Part shown: piece by piece, positions 45,044-52,886 of the stretch | Layout: the number at the start of each line of letters is the position of its first letter | Position numbering within the stretch: position 1 is the first letter of the stretch | Source of the DNA: Spirochaetaceae bacterium | GTDB lineage: Bacteria > Spirochaetota > Spirochaetia > DSM-27196 > SLAA01 | NCBI GenBank assembly: GCA_007695055.1 | Contig: REEM01000222.1 | Span: 1-61,055, forward strand | Length of the DNA stretch: 61,055 bases | Direction of reading: 5' to 3' | Translations under genes and position numbers: made by a program | The notes under the pieces: model-generated | Database searches by the model: none | What the model was told of the DNA's origin: nothing | What the model saw: the letters and a program-made list of their open reading frames with translations, nothing else

Positions 45044-46378
45044 TTACTCATCTCTAAGCACCTCAGCTGGCTTAATCCAGGCTGCCCGAAGCGAGGCAAA
45101 ATACCCAGCCGATGCAGCTGAGGCTACCGCGGCAAGAAAGACACCAAGCACCTCGCTAAACAGCATGTGACTCGGCACTTCCATGATATAGAAGTGCTCC
45201 GGTGAGAAAAAGGGAACTGGTGACGCACCGCCACCTCCCACAAGAGATACTACCACGGCGAGTCCCCCAAGAGCGAGTTCTGCCGCCGCAAATACACCGT
45301 TGATGTTCTGCGAAATGAACAGACCCAGGGCGGTTCCAATGAACGCACCGAGAACTCCAATCATGAGGCCCTCAACAACAAACACCAGTTGCACTGCCTG
45401 TGGTGGCGCACCCAATGCCTTGAGTACCGCAATCTCCTCCGAGCGTTCCACAACACTGCGCCGAAGCGCCTGATAGATATTGACTGCAACCACCAGGAAG
45501 ATGAGCCCAATAAGAAACATCAGCACCGTCTTCTCTACCCGCAATGCTCCAAAAATGGCCCGATTAAAGTCGCGCCAGGACAACACCTGTGCAGTATTGA
45601 GTTCCAGGTACTCGGCAATCTGTTCACGCATCCGGATATCATTAAAGCGGTCGTTAAGCTTGATGCCCCATGTCAGATCATCCCCGGCGCCAAACATTGA
45701 CTCAGCCTCCTGCAGCGAGATAAACCCCCATGAGCGGTCATACTCCAGGAAGCCACTGTAGAAAACGCCACGCACCTGAAACTCAACCTCTCGAGGGTTG
45801 CGCAATGCAGCATCACCCGAACCCAGATCTAGAAAGGTGACGGTATCTCCTACACGAACTCCAAGATGGCGAGCGAGCTGTGAACCAATGACTAAGGAGC
45901 CATGCGATGCCAAAGAGAACTCGCCTGAGACCATCTCTATGCGCTCCGCGATGCCAGGGTCAAGATCAAGCACATCTACCGGCACACCCCGAAGGACAAC
46001 AGCCTGCGGCTCCTCAAAGAAACCGCGTGCTATGGTCTGCAGTTCGATAAAGGGCAGCACGGTACGAACCCCACTCCGACGACTGAGGTCCAGCGGAGAT
46101 GCATTACTCTGCAGTTCGCTAGCCGATATGCGCAGGTGATAGGAGTTGATCTCAAGAATGTCCTCAATGGTGTCAAGTTGAAAGCCGTTCATGACAGCAA
46201 GCACCGCAGTTAAGGTCATTACTCCAACTGCAATGCCACTCACCGAGAGGATTGAGGCAGTGTAGCCCTTTTCTCGCCGTCGAGTGCGAAAGTGCCGCTG
46301 TGCAATAAAAAACATCCAGGCCCCGCGGGGTGCTCGTCCTTGAGAGGGGGACCCTTGTCTACTTCCGAATCTAATCAC
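45044..46378 (-). CDS. lolC: LolC/LolE-type ABC permease
   Basis: GIAVGVMTLTAVLAVMNGFQ, ALRVEKTVLMFLIGLIFLVVAVNI, EEIAVLKALGA, PAEVLRDE. Confidence 0.85.
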   Translation of the reverse strand: MIRFGSRQGSPSQGRAPRGAWMFFIAQRHFRTRRREKGYTASILSVSGIAVGVMTLTAVLAVMNGFQLDTIEDILEINSYHLRISASELQSNASPLDLSRRSGVRTVLPFIELQTIARGFFEEPQAVVLRGVPVDVLDLDPGIAERIEMVSGEFSLASHGSLVIGSQLARHLGVRVGDTVTFLDLGSGDAALRNPREVEFQVRGVFYSGFLEYDRSWGFISLQEAESMFGAGDDLTWGIKLNDRFNDIRMREQIAEYLELNTAQVLSWRDFNRAIFGALRVEKTVLMFLIGLIFLVVAVNIYQALRRSVVERSEEIAVLKALGAPPQAVQLVFVVEGLMIGVLGAFIGTALGLFISQNINGVFAAAELALGGLAVVVSLVGGGGASPVPFFSPEHFYIMEVPSHMLFSEVLGVFLAAVASAASAGYFASLRAAWIKPAEVLRDE

Positions 46379-47472
46379 TCAAACTCCCGGGTGCGAACGA
46401 CCTGTCCATTCTGGAGGACTTCCTCCCGTAGACGCCGGTCGTCACGGTAGTAAGAACGCAGCACCTCGGCACTGTCACGATAGAGCACATCGATATACTC
46501 ATGTGCATTGGTGTAGCGCCGCTCTCGCTGAAGCTGGCCATTACGCAGATACTGCACTCTCTGCAACTCACCGTCTTCATCGTAGTCGAATAGTTCCTGC
46601 AAAGCAGCCGAACGCCCACGGCCCCTGCGTTCAAGCAGCAGCCCATTGGCATAGCTGTAGGCGAAGCCACGCTCGAAAACTCCAGCATGATACTCAGCTT
46701 CCTCAAGGATATCGCCACCGGCGGTATATATCCGGACGATCTCTCGGTCACGTTCGTGATCAATCTCACGAATGGTAGAAGCAAAGCTATCTGCTGAGGA
46801 GTCATATACATAGTAGGTACTCACAGCACGCGCACCTGCACGGTACTCCACCTCATCCACGGTGCGTCCATACTCATCATATCGTACCCTGATATCTCCA
46901 TGGAGCCCTTCGTGATACTCCTCAAGCAAGCGCCCTTCGAGCACTGAATAGTAGGCGTTGCGCGTCATCCCTGCACTGTCGACCATCCGCACCGCCCTGA
47001 GTTCTCTTCCTGGCCCATAGTGAAACTCATCCCTACGCGCCAACTCACCGGCAGCGTCAAAGATTACCATCTCCACAAGCACTTTTCCACGATATCGATA
47101 CTCTCTCCTCTCTACAAGCGTGCCTTCCGAAAACAGCTCCTCCGAGATAAACCGTTCTTCCGCATCAAGCAGGCGTACCGCAACAAGGTCACCGTTGCTA
47201 AACTCTTCTTCTCTGAGAGTGCCTGCTGGCCCGGGCAGTCGCCGAGTTTCCCGAATGAGTTCACCATGCTCAAAAAAGCGCTCAGACTTGGCCTCGCCGT
47301 TTCTTACTAGCTGAATTACAAAGCGATGTTGGTCGCGCTCACCCGGAGCAATAGGCTCAAGCCGCATTCCCGCAGCATTACTCCGAAAGAGTTCCTGTGC
47401 GGTGATCGTAACAGGAAAAAAAAGGCCAAGAAGAAGCCAAAATGCAATAATGCCAATAGAGGAGTATCTCAT
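46375..47472 (-). CDS. Exported hypothetical protein made of beta-hairpin (YD/MORN-like) repeats
   Basis: Start ATG 47472 gives a signal peptide (MRYSSIGIIAFWLLLGLFFPVTITAQ). Repeats such as EEFSNGDL, ELFSEGTL, IFDAAGEL, RYDEYGRT, IYTAGGDI, DYDEDGEL, YLRNGQL. Confidence 0.7.
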   Translation of the reverse strand: MRYSSIGIIAFWLLLGLFFPVTITAQELFRSNAAGMRLEPIAPGERDQHRFVIQLVRNGEAKSERFFEHGELIRETRRLPGPAGTLREEEFSNGDLVAVRLLDAEERFISEELFSEGTLVERREYRYRGKVLVEMVIFDAAGELARRDEFHYGPGRELRAVRMVDSAGMTRNAYYSVLEGRLLEEYHEGLHGDIRVRYDEYGRTVDEVEYRAGARAVSTYYVYDSSADSFASTIREIDHERDREIVRIYTAGGDILEEAEYHAGVFERGFAYSYANGLLLERRGRGRSAALQELFDYDEDGELQRVQYLRNGQLQRERRYTNAHEYIDVLYRDSAEVLRSYYRDDRRLREEVLQNGQVVRTREFE

Positions 47473-47486
47473 GTGGCGGGGTAGAG

Positions 47487-47521
47487 CGCGGCGCCGTGTT
47501 CCCTCGCGGCGCCGTGTTCCC
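47487..47521 (-). repeat. 17-bp direct repeat with 18-bp period between ftsY and the next start
   Basis: Plus strand cgcggcgccgtgttccc at 47487-47503 and 47505-47521. Confidence 0.88.
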
Positions 47522-47534
47522 AAGTCAGACCTGT

Positions 47535-48437
47535 TCACCGCTGCTCCAGAAGGTCGGCTATGTAACGCTCTGAGTCGAATGGAATAAGGTCCCCGTAGCC
47601 CTCGCCGTTCCCAAGAAAGGCGCACGGGATTCCAAGCTCTTGAGCAATAGGCACGAGCACACCACCGCGCGAGCTTGAGTCGTACTTGGCCAACACCACT
47701 GCGTCGAGACCAACCGCCTCATGAAAGGTTTCGGCTTGTCGCAGTCCGTTCTGACCCGTGGTTCCGTCAATGACAAGGATCTTCCGGTATCGCGACTCAT
47801 CACAAGCACGACGGATAATCTTGTCAATTTTTCCAAGCTCCGCTACCAGATTCGCCCGGTTGTGCATACGGCCAGCTGTATCTGCAATAACGAGGTCGTC
47901 GCCACGTGCAGAAGCGCTGCTTATAGCGTCGTACACAACTGCAGCCGGGTCGGCGCCGCTGCCCTGCTTAACAACGCGGAGACCAAGACGTTCACCATGA
48001 AGGCTTAGTTGTTCCACAGCAGCGGCGCGGAAGGTGTCGGCTGCAGCCAGGACGACTCCAGAAAGATCATAGTGAGACGAATAATGAGAGGCCATCTTGG
48101 CAATGGTGGTTGTCTTCCCAACACCATTCACGCCGAGTACCAAGCGCACATTGAGCTCACCAGGAACCGGCTCCAGGGCAGTCTCTTTGAGCACCGGCAG
48201 CAGCTGTTCCTTGAGGGCCTCAAGCAATATCGCCGGTTCTCTCAGTCGAGTTCCATAGCGGCCGCTGCGCAAGGCAGTAACCAGCTCCATGGCAGTTCGT
48301 GCGCCAATATCCGACGCCGTAAGCCGGTCCTCCAGCTCCTCAAAGAACTCTTCGTTGTCACCCTTAAACCCAAGCAGCTCCGTGAGCCGCGCACCTAAGC
48401 TTTTCTTTACCGCCATCGTCGCTCCGTTTTTGGTCAT
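47535..48437 (-). CDS. ftsY: Signal recognition particle receptor FtsY (short, NG domain only)
   Basis: GVNGVGKTTTIAK, AAADTFRAAAVEQL, DPAAVVYDA, DTAGRMHN, DGTTGQN, GEGYGDLIPFD. Start 48437 (ATGA overlap) or 48416. Confidence 0.93.
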   Translation of the reverse strand: MTKNGATMAVKKSLGARLTELLGFKGDNEEFFEELEDRLTASDIGARTAMELVTALRSGRYGTRLREPAILLEALKEQLLPVLKETALEPVPGELNVRLVLGVNGVGKTTTIAKMASHYSSHYDLSGVVLAAADTFRAAAVEQLSLHGERLGLRVVKQGSGADPAAVVYDAISSASARGDDLVIADTAGRMHNRANLVAELGKIDKIIRRACDESRYRKILVIDGTTGQNGLRQAETFHEAVGLDAVVLAKYDSSSRGGVLVPIAQELGIPCAFLGNGEGYGDLIPFDSERYIADLLEQR

Positions 48438-49927
48438 CGTGTGTGTGAGGCCTGCGCCGCGCGAACGTACCGGCCCAGTTGAATTGCCGATGTCACGAAC
48501 AGACCGGTAGATACAGCAACACCGCCCCAAGTTGCATAATACGCTATGTCCCGCTGGCGTCGCAAACGGTCGGCTTCAGAGTCACTCAGTCCGGGAGCTC
48601 GGCCGCCGTCGGGCGGCACCATGGTAGAAAGATTCTCATAAATGCCGTTACTCAGAAGGGCTACCGGTACAGAGAGTACAAAGAGCCCGAACGCCGTATA
48701 GAAGGAGTTACGCCGGCGCTCAATAAGCCCTCCCTCACCACCACGGTCAATCTCCAGATCTCGTTGAACTTCATTTGGCGTTGCTGCTCCAAGAATGAGT
48801 TGGGATCGGTAAAACCCATCCCGAAGCAACACAATGTGCTCGTTGCTCTCACCTAGTTCCACCCGTAGCGGGGTGCGGCCGATCCAGACCGAGTCACTGT
48901 AGACATCCGCACCGGAGGGCATAGACTCCACAATTATGGCCCGGGTTTCCTCCGGTTCAGGCTCAAACACCATCTCAGCCCGCGCTCGTGGCGCCAAGCT
49001 CAAAGTCCTTGTTTGCACAGGCAGGTTGCGTCCTTCTATCCGAACCTCGTGAAGCCCCGGCGGCACAAACCTTTGTTCCACCTCTCCATAGCCAAGAAGC
49101 TCGTCATTAAGAAACACTGCCACATCTCCACGGCCTGGAGACACCCGTACCCGAGCTACCTCCCGTCCCAGAAGCAGCGCCCCTAGATCATCCTCGAGCT
49201 CGTGAAGAAGCGAGGCTAGCTCCTCCGGCAGCGCAGTTAAAGTCACACGCCCGAGATCACGTCCCAGTGCCTCGGAATACAGGGCCACCTCCAGATGCAG
49301 GTACTCGCCAATGGTTGTAAGTGAACCGTACACTAAAGCGTCCAACCCCTCTTCACGCACGATCCTCGCGGGGCGGGCGGAAGAGGCAAGAACACCGGCA
49401 GCCTTGTTCACCAGTTCAATTCCGCCCTCCTGCGGAAACTCGAGCCGACCGGGGTCGTAACGCATGATCCGCGCTAACTCCATCTCCGCTGTTCGCACCT
49501 GCGCAGCAAGCGACGCCTGGCGCTCCTCGCGCTCACGCCGACTCAAACGTGCAAATACCACCGCATCACGTTGATCCCGCAGTTCCTTCAGCTGGCGGCC
49601 CGCATCACGCTGCGCCGCCTTCACCGTTTTTTCGGACATAGCCGCGCGCTCCTCTTCCTGGTACACGCGCCGCTCGAGCTCCGAGAAGTCGTTCATAAGC
49701 AGCAGGGGAATGCCGGTTGCAAGATGTCGGTACTCGCTACCAAGTTCCTCTGCATCAAAGGCCAGGCTTGCAAACCCAAGACGCCATAGTTCACCCGCAT
49801 CCTCTGGAAGAAGTGCCTCGACCTCTCGCGGGGCCTTGTCCACCGCTGTTAGTGGAGCAACACACATGATGAGGAGCAGAGGTATGAATACGAGTTGTGG
49901 AAGATGGTGACTCTTAGGAGACCTCAT
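48434..49927 (-). CDS. Exported PEGA-domain protein
   Basis: Signal peptide; PEGA-like repeats (VAVFLNDELLG...GLHEVRIEG; VESMPSGADVYSDSVWIGRTPL...LRDGF); two C-terminal hydrophobic helices. Confidence 0.75.
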   Translation of the reverse strand: MRSPKSHHLPQLVFIPLLLIMCVAPLTAVDKAPREVEALLPEDAGELWRLGFASLAFDAEELGSEYRHLATGIPLLLMNDFSELERRVYQEEERAAMSEKTVKAAQRDAGRQLKELRDQRDAVVFARLSRREREERQASLAAQVRTAEMELARIMRYDPGRLEFPQEGGIELVNKAAGVLASSARPARIVREEGLDALVYGSLTTIGEYLHLEVALYSEALGRDLGRVTLTALPEELASLLHELEDDLGALLLGREVARVRVSPGRGDVAVFLNDELLGYGEVEQRFVPPGLHEVRIEGRNLPVQTRTLSLAPRARAEMVFEPEPEETRAIIVESMPSGADVYSDSVWIGRTPLRVELGESNEHIVLLRDGFYRSQLILGAATPNEVQRDLEIDRGGEGGLIERRRNSFYTAFGLFVLSVPVALLSNGIYENLSTMVPPDGGRAPGLSDSEADRLRRQRDIAYYATWGGVAVSTGLFVTSAIQLGRYVRAAQASHTR

Positions 49928-50288
49928 ACTTCATTGCCTTCTCTACCGCGGAGGTGACTCGCTCGGAATGAAAGGGTTTCACTATGAAGTCACGGGCACC
50001 AAGCTGAATTGCACGAAGAATCATGTCCTGCTCACCCATTGAGCTGCACATGATCACTCGAGCGCGCGGGTCGAACCGGATAATTCGCTCGAGCGCGGCG
50101 ATTCCGTCCATAACCGGCATGGCGATATCAAGCAGTACAACATCCGGTTTCCGTACAACGTACTGGATAAGACCGTCACGGCCGTCCTGAGCCTCACCTA
50201 CCACCATGTGACCGCCGGTCTCAAGAACCTCGCGAAGGAGTGTGCGCATAAAGGGGAGGTCGTCGACGACGAGCACCTGTATAGACAT
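49914..50288 (-). CDS. cheY: Single-domain response regulator, CheY-like
   Basis: VLVVDDLPFMR, GEAQDG, PDVVLLDIAMPVMDG (phospho-acceptor Asp), MCSSMG, DFIVKPF; 124 aa. Confidence 0.85.
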   Translation of the reverse strand: MSIQVLVVDDLPFMRTLLREVLETGGHMVVGEAQDGRDGLIQYVVRKPDVVLLDIAMPVMDGIAALERIIRFDPRARVIMCSSMGEQDMILRAIQLGARDFIVKPFHSERVTSAVEKAMKYEVS

Positions 50289-50301
50289 ACCTACACGCTC
50301 C

Positions 50302-51403
50302 TTACATAGCGTCCCGATTATTTCGCAAATACGCCGTTATGAACTCATCAATCTCACCGTCCATCACAGCTTGCACGTTTCCGGTTTCAACCTTGGTGCG
50401 ATGATCCTTGACCATAGTATAGGGTTGAAAGACGTAGGAGCGTATTTGGTTACCCCACCCAATATCCCGTTTCTCATCAGCCTTTGCGGCGTTCTCTTTG
50501 TCGCGCTCGGCACGATAATGGTCGTAAAGCCGGGAACGCAGCATTTTCATGGCCGTGTCACGGTTTTTGTGCTGACTGCGCTCGTTCTGGCACTGAACCA
50601 CGATACCGGTCGCAAGGTGCGTCAGCCGGATTGCTGAGTCGGTCTTGTTCACATGCTGACCACCGGCGCCGCTTGCTCGGTAGGTGTCAACGCGGAGATC
50701 CTCGGGACGGATTTCTACATCGATATCGTCTTCTATAACTGGAGAGGCATACACAGACGCAAAGGAGGTGTGTCTCCGGCCTCCTGAATCAAAGGGCGAT
50801 ATTCGAACTAAACGGTGAATGCCGGTCTCACAGCGCAAATAGCCATAGGCATTCTCACCCTTGACCTCGATCGTGACAGATTTAATGCCGCCCTCGGCCT
50901 CTTGCAGATCAAGAATAGTCGTGGCGAAGTTATTGCGCTCCATCCAGCGGCTGTACATACGGAGCAACATACTGACCCAGTCACATGCCTCGGTTCCGCC
51001 AGCACCGGAGTGTATGGTAAGAAAGGCCGGTGATGCGTCAAGCTCATCTTGGAAGTACTCGCGCACCATGAGCTTATCAAAGCGGTCACGGATACTCTTG
51101 AGCCCTTCCTCAATCTCGCGTGCAACAGTCTCATCATCTTCCTCAATGCCGAGGGTCTGGAGGGCCACAAGATCCTCAATTTCATCTTTGAGTTGCGTCC
51201 ACGGTTCAATTCGATTCTTGTACCTGGTGAGTTCGCTGAGAGTTTTTTCGGCCGCGTTACGGTCGTTCCAGAACTCAGGTTCACCAGTTTTTGTTTCTAA
51301 ATCCTTAATGAGGGCAGCTACCCGTTCGGGGTCAAAGCCCCCTCCAAATATCAAGGATTTCCGACTTCAGTTCTGCAATTTTATCACCAAGATCCGCAAG
51401 CAT
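50302..51403 (-). CDS. prfB: Peptide chain release factor 2, with programmed +1 frameshift after codon 23
   Basis: ATG 51403 (GGAGG RBS) MLADLGDKIAELKSEILDIWRGL then TGA; the +1 frame continues DPERV...EFWND...GAGGTEACDW...LVRISPFD...GAGGQHVN. The track start at 51354 is an artefact. Confidence 0.95.
51331..51346 (-). promoter_or_regulatory. prfB +1 ribosomal frameshift site
   Basis: Minus strand TGG AGG GGG CTT TGA C: internal SD GGAGG, 3-nt spacer, CTT-TGA-C slippery site. Confidence 0.93.
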
Positions 51404-51552
51404 GCTGCCTCCACACAATCTTTACAAGCGCACCTATGCGGTAGCGCATCCTAAAGGCCGAGTATAACCGATCGTCTTAACTATTTCCAGGCGAACAGGT
51501 ACCGGCAGGGCCGCCAGCCTAATGCGTGAGTATTTTCAAGAAATGGGCATTA

Positions 51553-51582
51553 TAGACAGAGGCGCCGAACGCCGATTATAGT
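51553..51582 (+). promoter_or_regulatory. Putative leaderless promoter
   Basis: TAGACA, 18-nt spacer, TATAGT, then 7 nt to ATG 51590; no SD. Confidence 0.4.
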
Positions 51583-51589
51583 ACGTATA

Positions 51590-52882
51590 ATGAGAAGCCG
51601 AAGCACACATGACCGGTCAAGTGGCGGGGCGGCAGTATGGCTGCCGGTTCTGTTGAGCGCTGTTTTGATCCTCTCCCCCTTTCCAGGAGCCCTACCCGTA
51701 CTGGGCGCGCAAACTGCCAGTTCCGAGGCATCAACTGTCCGCAGCCCCTCACGGGTTCGTGCCGCCGAGCTTGACGGTGAGGTGCTGGTCACCTGGCGGG
51801 ATGCGGCCGGATATGAAGGTGCCTACCGGATTTGGCGTTCCGCATCCGCCTTTGAGGCCGGTGCTTTTGAGGAGTCGTCCGACCTCTTTCTTGCCGGTAC
51901 CGTGTCTTCCGGTATCGAGTCACTTACTGATCGACCGGCAGTACCGGGTGCCTATTACTACGCAGTGACAACAGACATAGAAACGCCGTATCTCATTGAA
52001 CAACGGAACTATCTTCCTCGGCCAGTACGTGTGGTCATGACGGCTGAGCAGGCTGAGGAGCCTGCACGCGTTAGATCACTTTCGGTTGAGACTCACAACA
52101 GCGAGGTCATACTGCGCTTTGAAGCTTCCCGCCATGGACGCCGTCTATCCGCCTATGCCTCAACCGAAGCCATTGAGAGCAGTGAAGATCTTCAGCGAGC
52201 GGTTCGTCTTGCGGTGTTTGACAGTGACCAGCGCGAATATCGCGACTACCCAGTACCGGGCATACCAACCTACTACGCGGTGCTTGATGCCGAACAGGTC
52301 ATAATCGGTGAAGGCGCGCTAGTCCCGGGTCAAAATGCAACGGTGCAGCCAGTCCGGATTGCACTTGGTTCGGTTCTCCGTGGTACAGGCGCGCCCCAGG
52401 TAGGTGCCCGTCGAGAGGCTCCAATACCGCTATTGCGCATGCCTTGGCTCCCGGCGACCGGTGCCTATGCACTTGATCTAAGCACAGCACCCGAAGAACT
52501 TGACAGCGAGACTCAGGCGGCCTTAGACGCAATCCTTGCTCATCACGGTGCGCCTGAGCGAATGCCGCCGGTGCCCACAATACTCCCTGGCGACAGAGAT
52601 GCACCCGGAACCGGACTGCGAAGTAGTCTCACGACCGTGCTTAACGGGCCCTTCTCACGCACTGAATGGGCCGAGGCAGAGATGCAGCTGAGTAACTTGC
52701 TTACCGTCGCTTCATCTTCTATGTACCGTGCACGCGTTCAATTTTATAGGGGACAGTGTTTGTACTTTCTTGGCCGCTTCAACGAGGCTGCGTTGGCTTT
52801 CGTTGATGCTCGAGACCAACTCTTTGCGGAGTCACAGCAGTGGCTAGATGCTGCGCTGCGTGCAGGTGATGCCAGCCGCTGA
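51590..52882 (+). CDS. Exported hypothetical protein, two FN3-like domains and a C-terminal TPR
   Basis: Hydrophobic leader; repeats EVLVTW...YRIWRS...AYYYAVT and EVILRF...YRDYP...TYYAVL; TPR-like QFYRGQCLYFLGRFNEAALAF. Confidence 0.65.
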   Translation: MRSRSTHDRSSGGAAVWLPVLLSAVLILSPFPGALPVLGAQTASSEASTVRSPSRVRAAELDGEVLVTWRDAAGYEGAYRIWRSASAFEAGAFEESSDLFLAGTVSSGIESLTDRPAVPGAYYYAVTTDIETPYLIEQRNYLPRPVRVVMTAEQAEEPARVRSLSVETHNSEVILRFEASRHGRRLSAYASTEAIESSEDLQRAVRLAVFDSDQREYRDYPVPGIPTYYAVLDAEQVIIGEGALVPGQNATVQPVRIALGSVLRGTGAPQVGARREAPIPLLRMPWLPATGAYALDLSTAPEELDSETQAALDAILAHHGAPERMPPVPTILPGDRDAPGTGLRSSLTTVLNGPFSRTEWAEAEMQLSNLLTVASSSMYRARVQFYRGQCLYFLGRFNEAALAFVDARDQLFAESQQWLDAALRAGDASR

Positions 52883-52886
52883 GGCC

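Noticed and set aside
48434-49927. PEGA protein as a novel system component
   Set aside because: PEGA-domain exported proteins are abundant in spirochaetes, and nothing distinguishes this one beyond its operon position.
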